Shown: positions 29,129 through 38,048 of the stretch, in pieces
Position numbering within the stretch: the first letter of the stretch is position 1
How the letters are laid out: every line of letters starts with the position of its first letter
NCBI GenBank assembly: GCA_046052125.1
Contig: JBJOMY010000004.1
Location: 279,187 to 343,186 of the forward strand
Direction of reading: 5' to 3'
DNA from: Cyanobacteriota bacterium
GTDB lineage: Bacteria > Cyanobacteriota > Cyanobacteriia > PCC-6307 > Cyanobiaceae
Length of the DNA: 64,000 nucleotides
Made by a program: the position numbers and the translations under genes
The notes under the pieces: generated by a model
Told to the model about the DNA's origin: nothing
The model's input: the letters and a program-made list of their open reading frames with translations, nothing else
Databases searched by the model: none

Positions 29129-30354
29129 GCCGCGGCAGGCAGCAGCGGCAAGAGCCCCTCCGCCAGCGCTTCAGCGCTGCGCAGGGCTCCTTCCACCCGC
29201 CCGAAGCCCAGCCCGGCGATCGCATCACCGCAGAAGCCGATGCGGCTGAGCGGGCAGAGGCTCAGCTCGGGGGGTAGACCGGGAGCCTGCGGGAACGCAG
29301 CGCCCCAGCGCATCAGTTGCCGTTCGCTGGCGGCGGTGCTCAGGCCGAGGGCCTGCTGCAGGGCGCGTTCGAGGTCCTCGATTACCTCGGCTTCCGCCTG
29401 GGGCTCCGGCGCGGCTCCTAAGAGCTGGGCGGCTGAGGACCGCGAGCCGTACACCTGCAGATGGCGCTCGGCGAACGCGGCGCTGGATTCCACCACCACA
29501 CCCCAGCGCCCGGCCGCCATGGCCTGCAGTGACACCCGACGGATGCCCCAGCGCTCCTGAGCCGCGGCGGTGAACTGCAGGATCCGCCAGGGTTGCTGCC
29601 GCCAAGCCGCCGCAGAGGCGTCATTCAGGCTCAGCAGGAGATTGCTGCTGGCTGCCGATGGGATGGCGGCCAGGGCGCTGGCGGCTTGCTGCAGTTGGGG
29701 CTCCTGAAGCTGCAGCGCGGCCTGTTGGAGCGGCAGTTCAGGCCACCCGAACACGCTCTGGCAGCGCGGGTGGGCGAGCAGGGTGCCGCTGAGCACCAGC
29801 CAGCGGCAGTGCAGCAGCACTTCACCCGATGCCCCCCGCAGAATCCAGCCCTCTCCATTGGGCTTGGGCTCCAGTTCACGCACCAGGGTGCTGCTGCGCA
29901 GCGCGATCGGTGCCGCCTGATCCGCCAGGGCGAGCAAGCCGCGGCAGAGCCCATCCATCTGGGGGATGCCCTGCCAGAGCTGGCCGCTGCAAAGCGGATC
30001 AGCAAGGGCGCTGCCCAGACGGCCCTGGCCATCAAGGCTGCAGATCGCTTCGCTGAAGGGTGCGATCCAGCCCGCCTGCCGCAGCGGCTCAAGCAGCAGC
30101 GGCTCGGGATGGGCGGTGATGTTGAACAGCGGGGCACCGTGCTTGAGCGCTAGGCCGGGATCGCTGCGGGAGCGGCGAGTGGCGGTGCGGCCCCCCGGGC
30201 CGCGGCCGATCTCCAGCAGGGTTATGGAGCCGTTCCAGCCCTGCAGGCGCAGAGCTGCGGCCAGGGCGCAACCGGCGGCGCCAGCTCCGATCACCGCCAG
30301 ATCCACCGCGGTGCGTGTGTCGGCAGAGAGTGGCGCAGGGTTGATCGGCCCCAT
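29125..30354 (-). CDS. Renalase-like NAD(P)/FAD-dependent oxidoreductase
   Basis: 'VIGAGAAG', 'GPGGRTATRR', 'HGAP', 'CGD..RVEGALRS'. Confidence 0.8.
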   Translation of the reverse strand: MGPINPAPLSADTRTAVDLAVIGAGAAGCALAAALRLQGWNGSITLLEIGRGPGGRTATRRSRSDPGLALKHGAPLFNITAHPEPLLLEPLRQAGWIAPFSEAICSLDGQGRLGSALADPLCSGQLWQGIPQMDGLCRGLLALADQAAPIALRSSTLVRELEPKPNGEGWILRGASGEVLLHCRWLVLSGTLLAHPRCQSVFGWPELPLQQAALQLQEPQLQQAASALAAIPSAASSNLLLSLNDASAAAWRQQPWRILQFTAAAQERWGIRRVSLQAMAAGRWGVVVESSAAFAERHLQVYGSRSSAAQLLGAAPEPQAEAEVIEDLERALQQALGLSTAASERQLMRWGAAFPQAPGLPPELSLCPLSRIGFCGDAIAGLGFGRVEGALRSAEALAEGLLPLLPAAA

Positions 30355-30433
30355 CGCGGCTGGGCTGCTGCTGGCAGTGTGGCCGCTCGCCAGCTATGGC
30401 GCAGCGTTAGCGTCGCGCCTTCGATCGGTGGCG

Positions 30434-31084
30434 ATGGTGGCGGTTCAGGTGCTCAATGAGGCCCAGCGCCGCAAGTGGGACAGCAGCGACGACCAGCTGT
30501 TCTATGCAGAGCCGCGCTTCGTGCAGCACCTGGACGATGCCTTTCGGGAGCGGCTCACCCAGCTCTATCGCGAGCGCCTTCCGGCCCGGGCGGTGGTGCT
30601 TGATCTGATGTCGAGTTGGGTGTCGCATCTGCCCGACGATGTGATCTACGAGCGGGTGATCGGCCATGGGCTCAACGAGAAAGAGCTGGCCGCCAACAAG
30701 CGCCTCGATAGCCATTGGCTGCAGAACCTCAACCTGAATCAGGAGATTCCGCTCAAGAACGAGAGCGTGGATGCTGTGTTGATCGTGGCCGGCTGGCAAT
30801 ACCTGCAATACCCGGAAGCGGTGGCAGCTGAACTGCTGCGGATCACCCGCCCGGGCGGCCAGCTGATCGTGTCGTTCTCCAATCGGATGTTCTTCACCAA
30901 GGCCCCGCAGATTTGGGCCGATGGCAGCGATCGCGATCACCTCACCTACGTGGCGGAGGTGTTGATGGCCCAGGGTTGGCCGAAGCCCGAGATCGTGGCC
31001 GAGCAAACCCGCGCCAAGGGCTTGAAGGGTCTCGTGGGCGGTCAGGGTGATCCCTTCTTCTCCGTGATTGCCACCAAGCCGTGA
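30434..31084 (+). CDS. Class I SAM-dependent methyltransferase (type 11)
   Basis: 'DDQLFYAEPRFVQH', 'LDLMSSWVSHLP', 'SFSNRMF'. Confidence 0.85.
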   Translation: MVAVQVLNEAQRRKWDSSDDQLFYAEPRFVQHLDDAFRERLTQLYRERLPARAVVLDLMSSWVSHLPDDVIYERVIGHGLNEKELAANKRLDSHWLQNLNLNQEIPLKNESVDAVLIVAGWQYLQYPEAVAAELLRITRPGGQLIVSFSNRMFFTKAPQIWADGSDRDHLTYVAEVLMAQGWPKPEIVAEQTRAKGLKGLVGGQGDPFFSVIATKP

Positions 31085-31611
31085 TGAGCGCCCCTGCCAC
31101 TGCAGAGGAGCTGTTGGCTCTGGAGCGTCAGGCCCGCGCGAGTGGCACTGGTCTGGACGCCTCACGACTGGAGGGCAGCTGGCAGCTGGAGCTGGTCTGG
31201 CCGAAGGGAAGCAGCCGGGCCTCGGCTTTCAGTGGCTGGTTGCTCCGAGGGTTGTCGGCTCGCCTGGAGATCGTTGCCAAGCCCGATGCGGCGGAGCCCC
31301 AAGCCTTGCTGCTCAGCAATGCGGTGAACCTGGGTGCACTTGAGCTGCGTTTCAACGGCCATGGCCGGTTGCAGGGCAAGCGGCCGCTGCTGCTATTCAG
31401 TTTTGATCAGCTGCGGCTGAGCCTTACCGGTCGCTGTTTGCTGCAGCGCAACCTGCCGGCGCCAAAGCCCCAGCGCATGCCGTTTTTTGCCTTGATTCAC
31501 CGCGATGCCAGCGGTTGGCTGGCGGCACGGGGCCGCGGCGGGGGCCTGGCCCTCTGGCGTCTGGCCGATGGCGCGGTTTCCGTTGCCAACATGGCCCCAA
31601 CCGCTCCCTGA
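31084..31611 (+). CDS. Hypothetical protein
   Basis: Translationally coupled; 'LAARGRGGGLALW'. Confidence 0.6.
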   Translation: MSAPATAEELLALERQARASGTGLDASRLEGSWQLELVWPKGSSRASAFSGWLLRGLSARLEIVAKPDAAEPQALLLSNAVNLGALELRFNGHGRLQGKRPLLLFSFDQLRLSLTGRCLLQRNLPAPKPQRMPFFALIHRDASGWLAARGRGGGLALWRLADGAVSVANMAPTAP

Positions 31612-31618
31612 GCTCCCG

Positions 31619-31894
31619 ATGGCGTGTCCGCAGTGCGGCAGCTGGTCTGTTCGGGCCGATCGCAGCCTGGCGGGTCGCATGGTGTGCGGCCGCTGCGGCG
31701 TTCCCTTGCAAGGGGTGAAACGCCGGGGCCGGGGTGCACGATTCCTGCCGGCAGTGCCTGGCCGCGGCCGTTGGCGTTGGTGGATTTTGGCCCTGGTGGT
31801 GGCCGCCGCATTGTTGGCGGCGCTTGATTCAGGATCGCGTCAGCCCCTGATCCCCCATGGTTCCAGCGATCGCCTTAACGATCGGTGGCAGTGA
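31619..31894 (+). CDS. Zinc-ribbon membrane protein
   Basis: 'CPQCGS..CGRCG' plus C-terminal TM helix. Confidence 0.6.
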   Translation: MACPQCGSWSVRADRSLAGRMVCGRCGVPLQGVKRRGRGARFLPAVPGRGRWRWWILALVVAAALLAALDSGSRQPLIPHGSSDRLNDRWQ

Positions 31895-32660
31895 TTCCGG
31901 CGGCGGTGCCGGGATTCAGGCCGATCTGAAAACGTTTTTGGCCCTACAGGTGCATGGCTGCTCGGCGCTCACCTGCGTCACCGCGCAGAACACCTGTGGC
32001 GTCAGCCGTGTGGATGCCCTGCCGCCTGAGGCCCTCACCGCTCAGGCGGAGGCGGTGCTGAGCGATCTGCCCGTGACGGCCCTGAAAACCGGAATGCTGC
32101 TCAACCGGTCGTTGATCGAAGCCACCGCCCGTGCTTTGGAACCGTTGTCGATTCCCAAGCTGATCGATCCGGTGATGGTGTCGCGGGCGGGATCGGTGCT
32201 GCTGGAGCCCGAAGCGATCGAGGCCTATCGCCAGCTGCTGTTGCCCCTGGCGGAGCTGATCACCCCGAACCTGCATGAGGCTCGGCTGTTGAGCGGCGAG
32301 CTGATCGAAGCGGCAGACGATGTGGAGCGGGCCGCCGTAAGGCTCCTGGAGCTCGGCCCTGCCGCCGTTCTGATCAAAGGGGGTGGTCTGGCGGAGCTGC
32401 GAGGGCGCGACTATCTGCTCGAGCCAAACGGATGCGGCCAGTGGCTGGAGCATGCGCCGGTGGACACCTCCAATAGCCACGGCAGTGGCTGCACCCTGGG
32501 CGCTGCGATCACCGCTGAACGCGCCAAGGGCCAATCGCTCCTGGAGGCAGTGCGAACAGCCAAAACCTTCGTGCAAAACGGTTTGCGCAAAGGGCTAGCC
32601 ATCGGGTCAGGCCAAGGCCCACTGTGTCACTGGCACCCGTTGCTCTCCTCCCATGGCTGA
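31857..32660 (+). CDS. thiD: HMP/phosphomethylpyrimidine kinase
   Basis: '[17 protein letters not shown]', 'DPVM', 'TPNLHE', 'HGSGCT'. Confidence 0.95.
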   Translation: MVPAIALTIGGSDSGGGAGIQADLKTFLALQVHGCSALTCVTAQNTCGVSRVDALPPEALTAQAEAVLSDLPVTALKTGMLLNRSLIEATARALEPLSIPKLIDPVMVSRAGSVLLEPEAIEAYRQLLLPLAELITPNLHEARLLSGELIEAADDVERAAVRLLELGPAAVLIKGGGLAELRGRDYLLEPNGCGQWLEHAPVDTSNSHGSGCTLGAAITAERAKGQSLLEAVRTAKTFVQNGLRKGLAIGSGQGPLCHWHPLLSSHG

Positions 32661-33042
32661 TGCTCCGTATCTGATTGCGCTGGCGTTGCTGGAGCAAAAC
32701 GGCGAGCGAGCGATGCCCTTGCAGGGCAAATCCTTGCGAGAACCCTTGCCAGCTGATGGTGATCCCGGAGAGGTGGGGCGTGAGCAGGTGCTCGATCTGT
32801 TGATGCGGGTGTGGCAACGCAGCGACGCCGGTGCCCTCAACCGAGCCGCCGGCGATCAGAGCCTGTTGCTGGTGACCGTGCCGATCGAAGCGCTGCAGGA
32901 AGCCATTCCCGCCATCAAGGCGCAATGGCTCAACAGTGGAGATCAAGCCGCTCTGTTGAACGAGCTCAAGGCTTTGGCCAGCGGGGTTTGGAGCCTCACA
33001 TTGCAGCCCCGTCAACCAAGCACTTACACCAGGTTGGATTGA
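32653..33042 (+). CDS. Hypothetical protein
   Basis: 129-aa ORF overlapping the thiD end. Confidence 0.6.
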   Translation: MADAPYLIALALLEQNGERAMPLQGKSLREPLPADGDPGEVGREQVLDLLMRVWQRSDAGALNRAAGDQSLLLVTVPIEALQEAIPAIKAQWLNSGDQAALLNELKALASGVWSLTLQPRQPSTYTRLD

Positions 33043-33059
33043 TCAAAGGCCGCTGCTTT

Positions 33060-33275
33060 TCAGTTGTATTCGCCGGGGATGTCGTTTTTGCGAACGGTGA
33101 CCCGGTCAAACTTTTTGCCGGATACCCGCAGAAGCTCATCGCCTGAAAACTCAAAGCCCAGCTTCAGGGCTATCTGAGCCACGTCGTCGGCGGTGGCCGC
33201 GGCCAACACCTGTTGCTTCAGCGCTTCATCGGCCTGCAGCTTGGCCAGGAACGCTTTCAGTTGATCGAGCGACAT
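33060..33275 (-). CDS. Nif11-like domain protein
   Basis: 'MSLDQLKAFLAKLQADEALKQQV..GFEFSGDEL'. Confidence 0.8.
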   Translation of the reverse strand: MSLDQLKAFLAKLQADEALKQQVLAAATADDVAQIALKLGFEFSGDELLRVSGKKFDRVTVRKNDIPGEYN

Positions 33276-33301
33276 GACACGCGAGCGTTGCGGCCAGTGT
33301 C

Positions 33302-34009
33302 TCAGTTCGCCTCACCAGCAGCAGCGGGTGGGTGGAGATAGGGGGCTAGGAAGCTGAGGGGGCGATTCATCGTGGTGGAGAAGCCCAGGATTCCTTCGTC
33401 GCGGTGGGAATAGAGCAGGCTGTCGTCGGCATCGATCAAGAAGGTACCGCCCCGCTGGGTGATGAAGTCGTCATTGGGCACGTAGGTGCGCCAGTGGCTC
33501 AGCACCTCTTGCATGTTGCGGAGCCGCACCGTGGCCAACTCAAACGGCCGCTGAAATCCTTCGCCGCCCGCCAGCTTGAACAGGGGGCTGTCGATGCGCT
33601 GGGGCGCATTGCGATCGCCCCGGTAGCCGCGGAATACCTCCGCCAGGGTGCCCGGCGAGCCAATGCCGGCGCACATCAGCAGCAGCCCTGGCCAGGGGCC
33701 GCCGGGCGTTTTCAGTCCTTCGTAGAGCCCGAGCGCGCGATGCAAGGCAGGCTCTGCATCCACCTCCAGGGCCTCGCGTGGAAAGCCGGTGTAGTGGCAG
33801 AAGCGATCGGCACCCGCGGTGTCGCCGATGGCGATCGCCCGCACCCGAATGCCCGCTGCATCCAGTTGCGGCAGCACTGGCACCAGGGCCTGGGCGTATT
33901 CCATCGAATCAAAGTCGCCCAGCTGGGTGAGCAGCAGCACCAGGCGGCGGCCCTGATCCATCCCCGGGGTTGCTTGGAGGCGCCGGAGGAGAGGCTCAGG
34001 GGCTTGCAT
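33302..34009 (-). CDS. AhpC/TSA peroxiredoxin-like (FAM213-type) protein
   Basis: 'QLGDFDSMEYA', 'MCAGIGSPGTL', 'TQRGGTF'. Confidence 0.75.
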   Translation of the reverse strand: MQAPEPLLRRLQATPGMDQGRRLVLLLTQLGDFDSMEYAQALVPVLPQLDAAGIRVRAIAIGDTAGADRFCHYTGFPREALEVDAEPALHRALGLYEGLKTPGGPWPGLLLMCAGIGSPGTLAEVFRGYRGDRNAPQRIDSPLFKLAGGEGFQRPFELATVRLRNMQEVLSHWRTYVPNDDFITQRGGTFLIDADDSLLYSHRDEGILGFSTTMNRPLSFLAPYLHPPAAAGEAN

Positions 34010-34947
34010 CAGCGCACGTTCAGGTCCTGGCGTACATCCTCCAGTGGCCGGTTGATCCATGTCCAGAAATCCCAGTGCAGGTCACGGATTGGACCGATCA
34101 CCTCCGAGCCACGCTGCAGGGCTGAAGCAAAGGCCGGGGCCTGTAATTGATCCTTCAGCTTGGGGGCCACGCTGCCAGCCAGGGGGTCGGCAATTCCCAT
34201 CTGGAACTGCAACAGAGCTGGGATCGCGATCAGCAGGGCGTGCTCCGGGAAGAGACCCATGCTGAAGGCCAGCACTTGAAGCTCTCCATCGGGATCTGTG
34301 GCGTACCCCCCGATCACGTGATGCACGTCATGGGTGGCCACGTAGTCGTAGGGCAGTCCTTTGCGACTGCCTGGGTAGGGGAAGCCGTTCTGTTCGTAGT
34401 AGTGATGGAGCGCTTGCCCCAGGCTTCCCGGTGCTGAGCGCACCAGAGCCGCGTAGCGCTCCTGATGGCGCTGGTCGATACCCAGCCCCAGCATCGGAAG
34501 GATGAAGCGGGCGTAGCCCTGCAGCGTGCTGTCGTGGTTGAGCTCGCGAAAGGTGCGGCGATAGAGATCGCCGAATGACCTGAGCACATGGCCGCGGCAC
34601 ACCTCCTCCAGGTCGGCCATCACCGCCGGCTCGATCTCAAGCTCCTCCGCCAGCTGCTTGAGCAGGGCCACTTTCTGGGGTTCAAGTTCGGGTTCCAGAA
34701 AGGCCAGAAGAGTGAACAGCTGCATCGTTTCCTGCCGCTGCCGCTGGTCTCTGATCAGATCTGACAAGCCCAGAGGAAGCTGGGGCGGCAGAGAACCAGG
34801 CCAGGGTGAGCCCACCAGAGCGGGAAACAGCTCGCGTAACTGGAGTTCCTCGCGGGCGCTGGGCGTTGCACTGACCAGGGCGCTACAGGCCTGGGCCAGC
34901 CCTTGCACAGCGGCGGGGGAGAGGGAGTCGAGGGCGTGAAACGCCAT
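34009..34947 (-). CDS. Coq4-like protein
   Basis: 'PGSLG', 'HDVHHVIGGY..GE' metal motif. Confidence 0.55.
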   Translation of the reverse strand: MAFHALDSLSPAAVQGLAQACSALVSATPSAREELQLRELFPALVGSPWPGSLPPQLPLGLSDLIRDQRQRQETMQLFTLLAFLEPELEPQKVALLKQLAEELEIEPAVMADLEEVCRGHVLRSFGDLYRRTFRELNHDSTLQGYARFILPMLGLGIDQRHQERYAALVRSAPGSLGQALHHYYEQNGFPYPGSRKGLPYDYVATHDVHHVIGGYATDPDGELQVLAFSMGLFPEHALLIAIPALLQFQMGIADPLAGSVAPKLKDQLQAPAFASALQRGSEVIGPIRDLHWDFWTWINRPLEDVRQDLNVR

Positions 34948-35058
34948 AACGGTGCAGGTGGTCGCCTCAGCACAGGTTGGCCAGCGCAGCGCTGAAGCGC
35001 AGCCAGGCTGTGCAGAATCGGGCGAGGGCTCCGTTCACCCCACGCCAGGCTGTCGCTG

Positions 35059-35211
35059 ATGGATCGCCGCCACTGGATGCTGTTAGTCGTCGCCTTGGCC
35101 TGCATCGCTGGGCTGGTTCTCTGGATCGGTGAAATCGATCTGGGGATGGAGGAATCGATCGCTCCCCCCACCACGCCCTCCACTGCTCCTGCTGCCCCAG
35201 CCCAGCCATGA
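35059..35211 (+). CDS. Small single-TM protein (50 aa)
   Basis: MDRRHWMLLVVALACIAGLVLWIG..; ATGA overlap with the next gene. Confidence 0.55.
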   Translation: MDRRHWMLLVVALACIAGLVLWIGEIDLGMEESIAPPTTPSTAPAAPAQP

Positions 35212-35603
35212 CCCACCTGTTGCTCACCCTCACCCTGGCGCTGTTCCACCTGGTGGGTCCGGTTCCTGCCGATCTGGGCGTGAACCAGGGTGCTCTGGCG
35301 CCTTGCCCCAGCCCGGCCCACTGCGCCCGGGCCAATTGGTCGGTGGCTGATCCGGAGGCGGCGCTGGCGGCCCTGGTGCCGGTGGTGGTCGCCACACCCC
35401 GCACCGAGGTGGTGGAGCACAGCTCCGACTATCTCCACGCCACAGCGAGCAGTGCCCTGTTTGGCTTTGTGGACGATCTCGAGCTCTACGCCGATACCGC
35501 CCACGGTTTGCTGCAGGCCCGCTCGGTGTCGCGCCTGGGGGATTCGGATCTGGGGGTCAACGCGAATCGCTTGGCGGCGTTACGCGATCAGCTCAAGGGT
35601 TGA
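35208..35603 (+). CDS. DUF1499 family protein
   Basis: 'LAPCPSPAHC', 'FGFVDDLE', 'SRLGDSDLGVN'. Confidence 0.85.
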   Translation: MTHLLLTLTLALFHLVGPVPADLGVNQGALAPCPSPAHCARANWSVADPEAALAALVPVVVATPRTEVVEHSSDYLHATASSALFGFVDDLELYADTAHGLLQARSVSRLGDSDLGVNANRLAALRDQLKG

Positions 35604-36159
35604 GCCGTTCTTCCTGCCACCCCTGATCGGCGCGCCAGCGGCGGCGTTCGTGGGGGTGGCCCTTCAGCTCGAGCAGCTCCACCTGCTCCAACTGGATGCG
35701 CACTAGCTCGAAACAAGCTGGCAGTGGTGTTCCATCCGCCAGCTCCGCTGGAAACACCCCATCGTCTTCGAAGGCGGCACCCGGTTCCGGCCAACCCCAG
35801 AGGGCGCGTGCGCCAGGGTTGAGTTGCTCCCAGTGGTGGCTTCGCGCGGCCAGGTGGGCCTCTGGGCTCAGCTCCAGCCGCCGCCCCCGCAGCCGGAATT
35901 GGGAGCGGGCCTTCGGTAGTAGCCAGCAGAGTTCCACTCGAGGCTCCTGAAGGAGTTCATTGGATTTCGCGCTGCGGCCATCGGTGAGTAGATCGAGGCT
36001 GTCGGCTCCGGCCCAGCCGCGAAACACCAGCGTGCGTACCCGTGGCGCCCCATCGGCTCCGAGGGTGGCGAGCTGCAGCCAGCGAGCCTGGGGCGATCGT
36101 CCTTCTCGTTGTCGCGCGCCCCGCAGCAGCTGCCGCCAGGGAGGCAAGGCCGTGCTCAT
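35593..36159 (-). CDS. Pyridoxamine 5'-phosphate oxidase-related FMN-binding protein
   Basis: 'QLAT..PRVRTLVFRG', 'TDGRSAK', 'QFRLRG'. Confidence 0.85.
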   Translation of the reverse strand: MSTALPPWRQLLRGARQREGRSPQARWLQLATLGADGAPRVRTLVFRGWAGADSLDLLTDGRSAKSNELLQEPRVELCWLLPKARSQFRLRGRRLELSPEAHLAARSHHWEQLNPGARALWGWPEPGAAFEDDGVFPAELADGTPLPACFELVRIQLEQVELLELKGHPHERRRWRADQGWQEERLNP

Positions 36160-36530
36160 GCGGAGGATTCACAGCTGTAGAACTCCCAATCGTCCCGGCG
36201 TTGGGCAAACTCCGGATGCGCGGGATCGAGCGCCTGCCACCACCAGCGGCCATCGCTGTAGCTGGGGGTGCCGGCGTTGTTGGTGCGCGGCAGCTGCAGG
36301 CTCACGCCGCGCCACTGCAGCACGATGAAGGCGCCTGGCACCGTGCCGCTGGCGGTGTTGGGAATGCCTGGGGCATCCACGGCGCCGATGTGCACCGCGG
36401 CGAGCAGTGGCTCGCCCTCGCAGAGGAAGTGCTCAGGGGCCGGATCCATCGCCGCCAGGCTCTGTGGCGGTGAGATCAGACCCCACAGGGGCAGCAGCAA
36501 GGCCATCACCACGGCGAGGAGCTGGGTCAC
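36156..36530 (-). CDS. Hypothetical secreted protein
   Basis: Signal-like N-terminus; 'LQLPRTNNAG..YSDGRWWW'. Confidence 0.6.
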   Translation of the reverse strand: MTQLLAVVMALLLPLWGLISPPQSLAAMDPAPEHFLCEGEPLLAAVHIGAVDAPGIPNTASGTVPGAFIVLQWRGVSLQLPRTNNAGTPSYSDGRWWWQALDPAHPEFAQRRDDWEFYSCESSA

Positions 36531-36571
36531 GGCAGCAGAGCAGCGATGGCCAGGATGGCGCAAAGTCCCTG

Positions 36572-36955
36572 GTGCTCGTTTACGACGGCGGCTGTCCGTT
36601 CTGCCGCCACTTCGCGCTCCGCAGTGAGCTGGTGGGCGGGCTGCCTGATCTGGTGATCCGCGATGGTCGGGCCGATCACGCCTTGCGGGCGGCGTTAAAG
36701 GAGCGAGGCCTGGATCTAGCCCGTGGTGCGGTGCTGCTGGAGGGGGAGCAGGCCTGGCATGGGGCCGAGGCGATCGCCGAACTCTGCGGGCGGCTGCAGG
36801 CCAGCGATCCGCTGTTGGCTCTCCTGCATCAACTGTTTGCTGCCCCGCCCCGGGCCCGGCGCGTTTATCCGCTGCTGCTCTGGGCACGCCGCACGGCCCT
36901 GCAATGGAAAGGCCTGCCGGAGGATCCCGATCAAGCGGGTCTCCGGCAGGCCTGA
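36572..36955 (+). CDS. DCC1-like thiol-disulfide oxidoreductase
   Basis: 'VYDGGCPFC'; start codon uncertain. Confidence 0.8.
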   Translation: MLVYDGGCPFCRHFALRSELVGGLPDLVIRDGRADHALRAALKERGLDLARGAVLLEGEQAWHGAEAIAELCGRLQASDPLLALLHQLFAAPPRARRVYPLLLWARRTALQWKGLPEDPDQAGLRQA

Positions 36956-36976
36956 GGGATCAGCAATCAGCTGCGA

Positions 36977-37495
36977 TCAGGCAACAGCAGCAGCAGCGCG
37001 ATCGAAGTAGGTGCCGATCTCGCTCATCAGAGCGGAGCAGTCGCCGGGGGTGATGCCGTTGCGATCGTTGGCGATCGAAATGGCGGCGTCCTTCATCTTG
37101 CGGATGCCTTCTGCCACGGAAGCGCCAGGCACGCCCAGAGCCAGGTAGGTCTCACGCAGGCCGTTCAGGCAGCGGTCTTCCAGCACGGAAGCGTCGCCGG
37201 TGAACACGGCATAGGTGATGTAGCGGAGCACGATCTCCATGTCGCGCAGGCAAGCAGCCATGCGACGGTGGGTGTAAGCGTTACCGCCGGGAGCGATCAG
37301 CGCAGGCTGCTGGTCGAACAGTTCGCGAGCAGCGTTGGTGACGATCTTGGAAGCGTTGGAGGTGATCCGGTTCACGGAATCCATACGCTTGTTGCTCTCG
37401 GCCACCATGGCGGAGAGAGCATCAATTTGACCTGCGTTCAGGAATTCGCCGCGGGCATCAGCCTGAGCAACGACCTTGGTGAAGGCGTCGAACAT
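36977..37495 (-). CDS. cpcB: C-phycocyanin beta subunit (orphan copy)
   Basis: '[16 protein letters not shown]', 'GGNAY', 'RMAACLRD', 'GDCSALMSE'. Confidence 0.95.
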   Translation of the reverse strand: MFDAFTKVVAQADARGEFLNAGQIDALSAMVAESNKRMDSVNRITSNASKIVTNAARELFDQQPALIAPGGNAYTHRRMAACLRDMEIVLRYITYAVFTGDASVLEDRCLNGLRETYLALGVPGASVAEGIRKMKDAAISIANDRNGITPGDCSALMSEIGTYFDRAAAAVA

Positions 37496-37560
37496 GAAGA
37501 ACTGTGTTCACAGTCTCATCAATGTAGTGAGTCGCCTTGCGCCGTCGCGAGTCTGAGGGG

Positions 37561-37986
37561 ATGAAGCCTCTCCACGCCTGGCTCGGCCTGGCCGCGGCCC
37601 TCTTGGTTGCCTTGGCGCCGGTTCGGGCCGAGCTCCCGCCCTGGGTCTACGCCGAGGAGCAACGCAGTGCTCCCCTGGTGGTGGAGCTGCAGGTGGGCAG
37701 TGTGAAAGCGGATGCCTCGCCTGTGGTGGTGAAGGCTCGGGTGCTGCGGGTGCAGCGCAAGCCCGCTGCGGTTCAGCTGCGCCCTGGCGACAGCCTCGAG
37801 ATTCGCTATCCCTTGCCGCCCCAGCGTCCGGAGGGTTGGGTGGGCCCATCGCCCGTGCCGCTGCTGCGTTCTGGCCAGCAGGTCACCGCTTGGTTGGCGG
37901 TGGATCCGGAGGTTCCGGAGGTATGGGCACCTGCAGCCGGTGGACGCTCCTTTGGCCCTTCGCTGGAAGACCTCCCCAGCCGTTGA
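37561..37986 (+). CDS. Hypothetical secreted protein
   Basis: Signal peptide 'APVRA-ELPP'. Confidence 0.6.
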   Translation: MKPLHAWLGLAAALLVALAPVRAELPPWVYAEEQRSAPLVVELQVGSVKADASPVVVKARVLRVQRKPAAVQLRPGDSLEIRYPLPPQRPEGWVGPSPVPLLRSGQQVTAWLAVDPEVPEVWAPAAGGRSFGPSLEDLPSR

Positions 37987-38048
37987 GGCGTTGCGCCTGT
38001 TGATCCTGTCCTTCCCTACGTTTTGGGGACCATGAGGGACCCAGGGCG

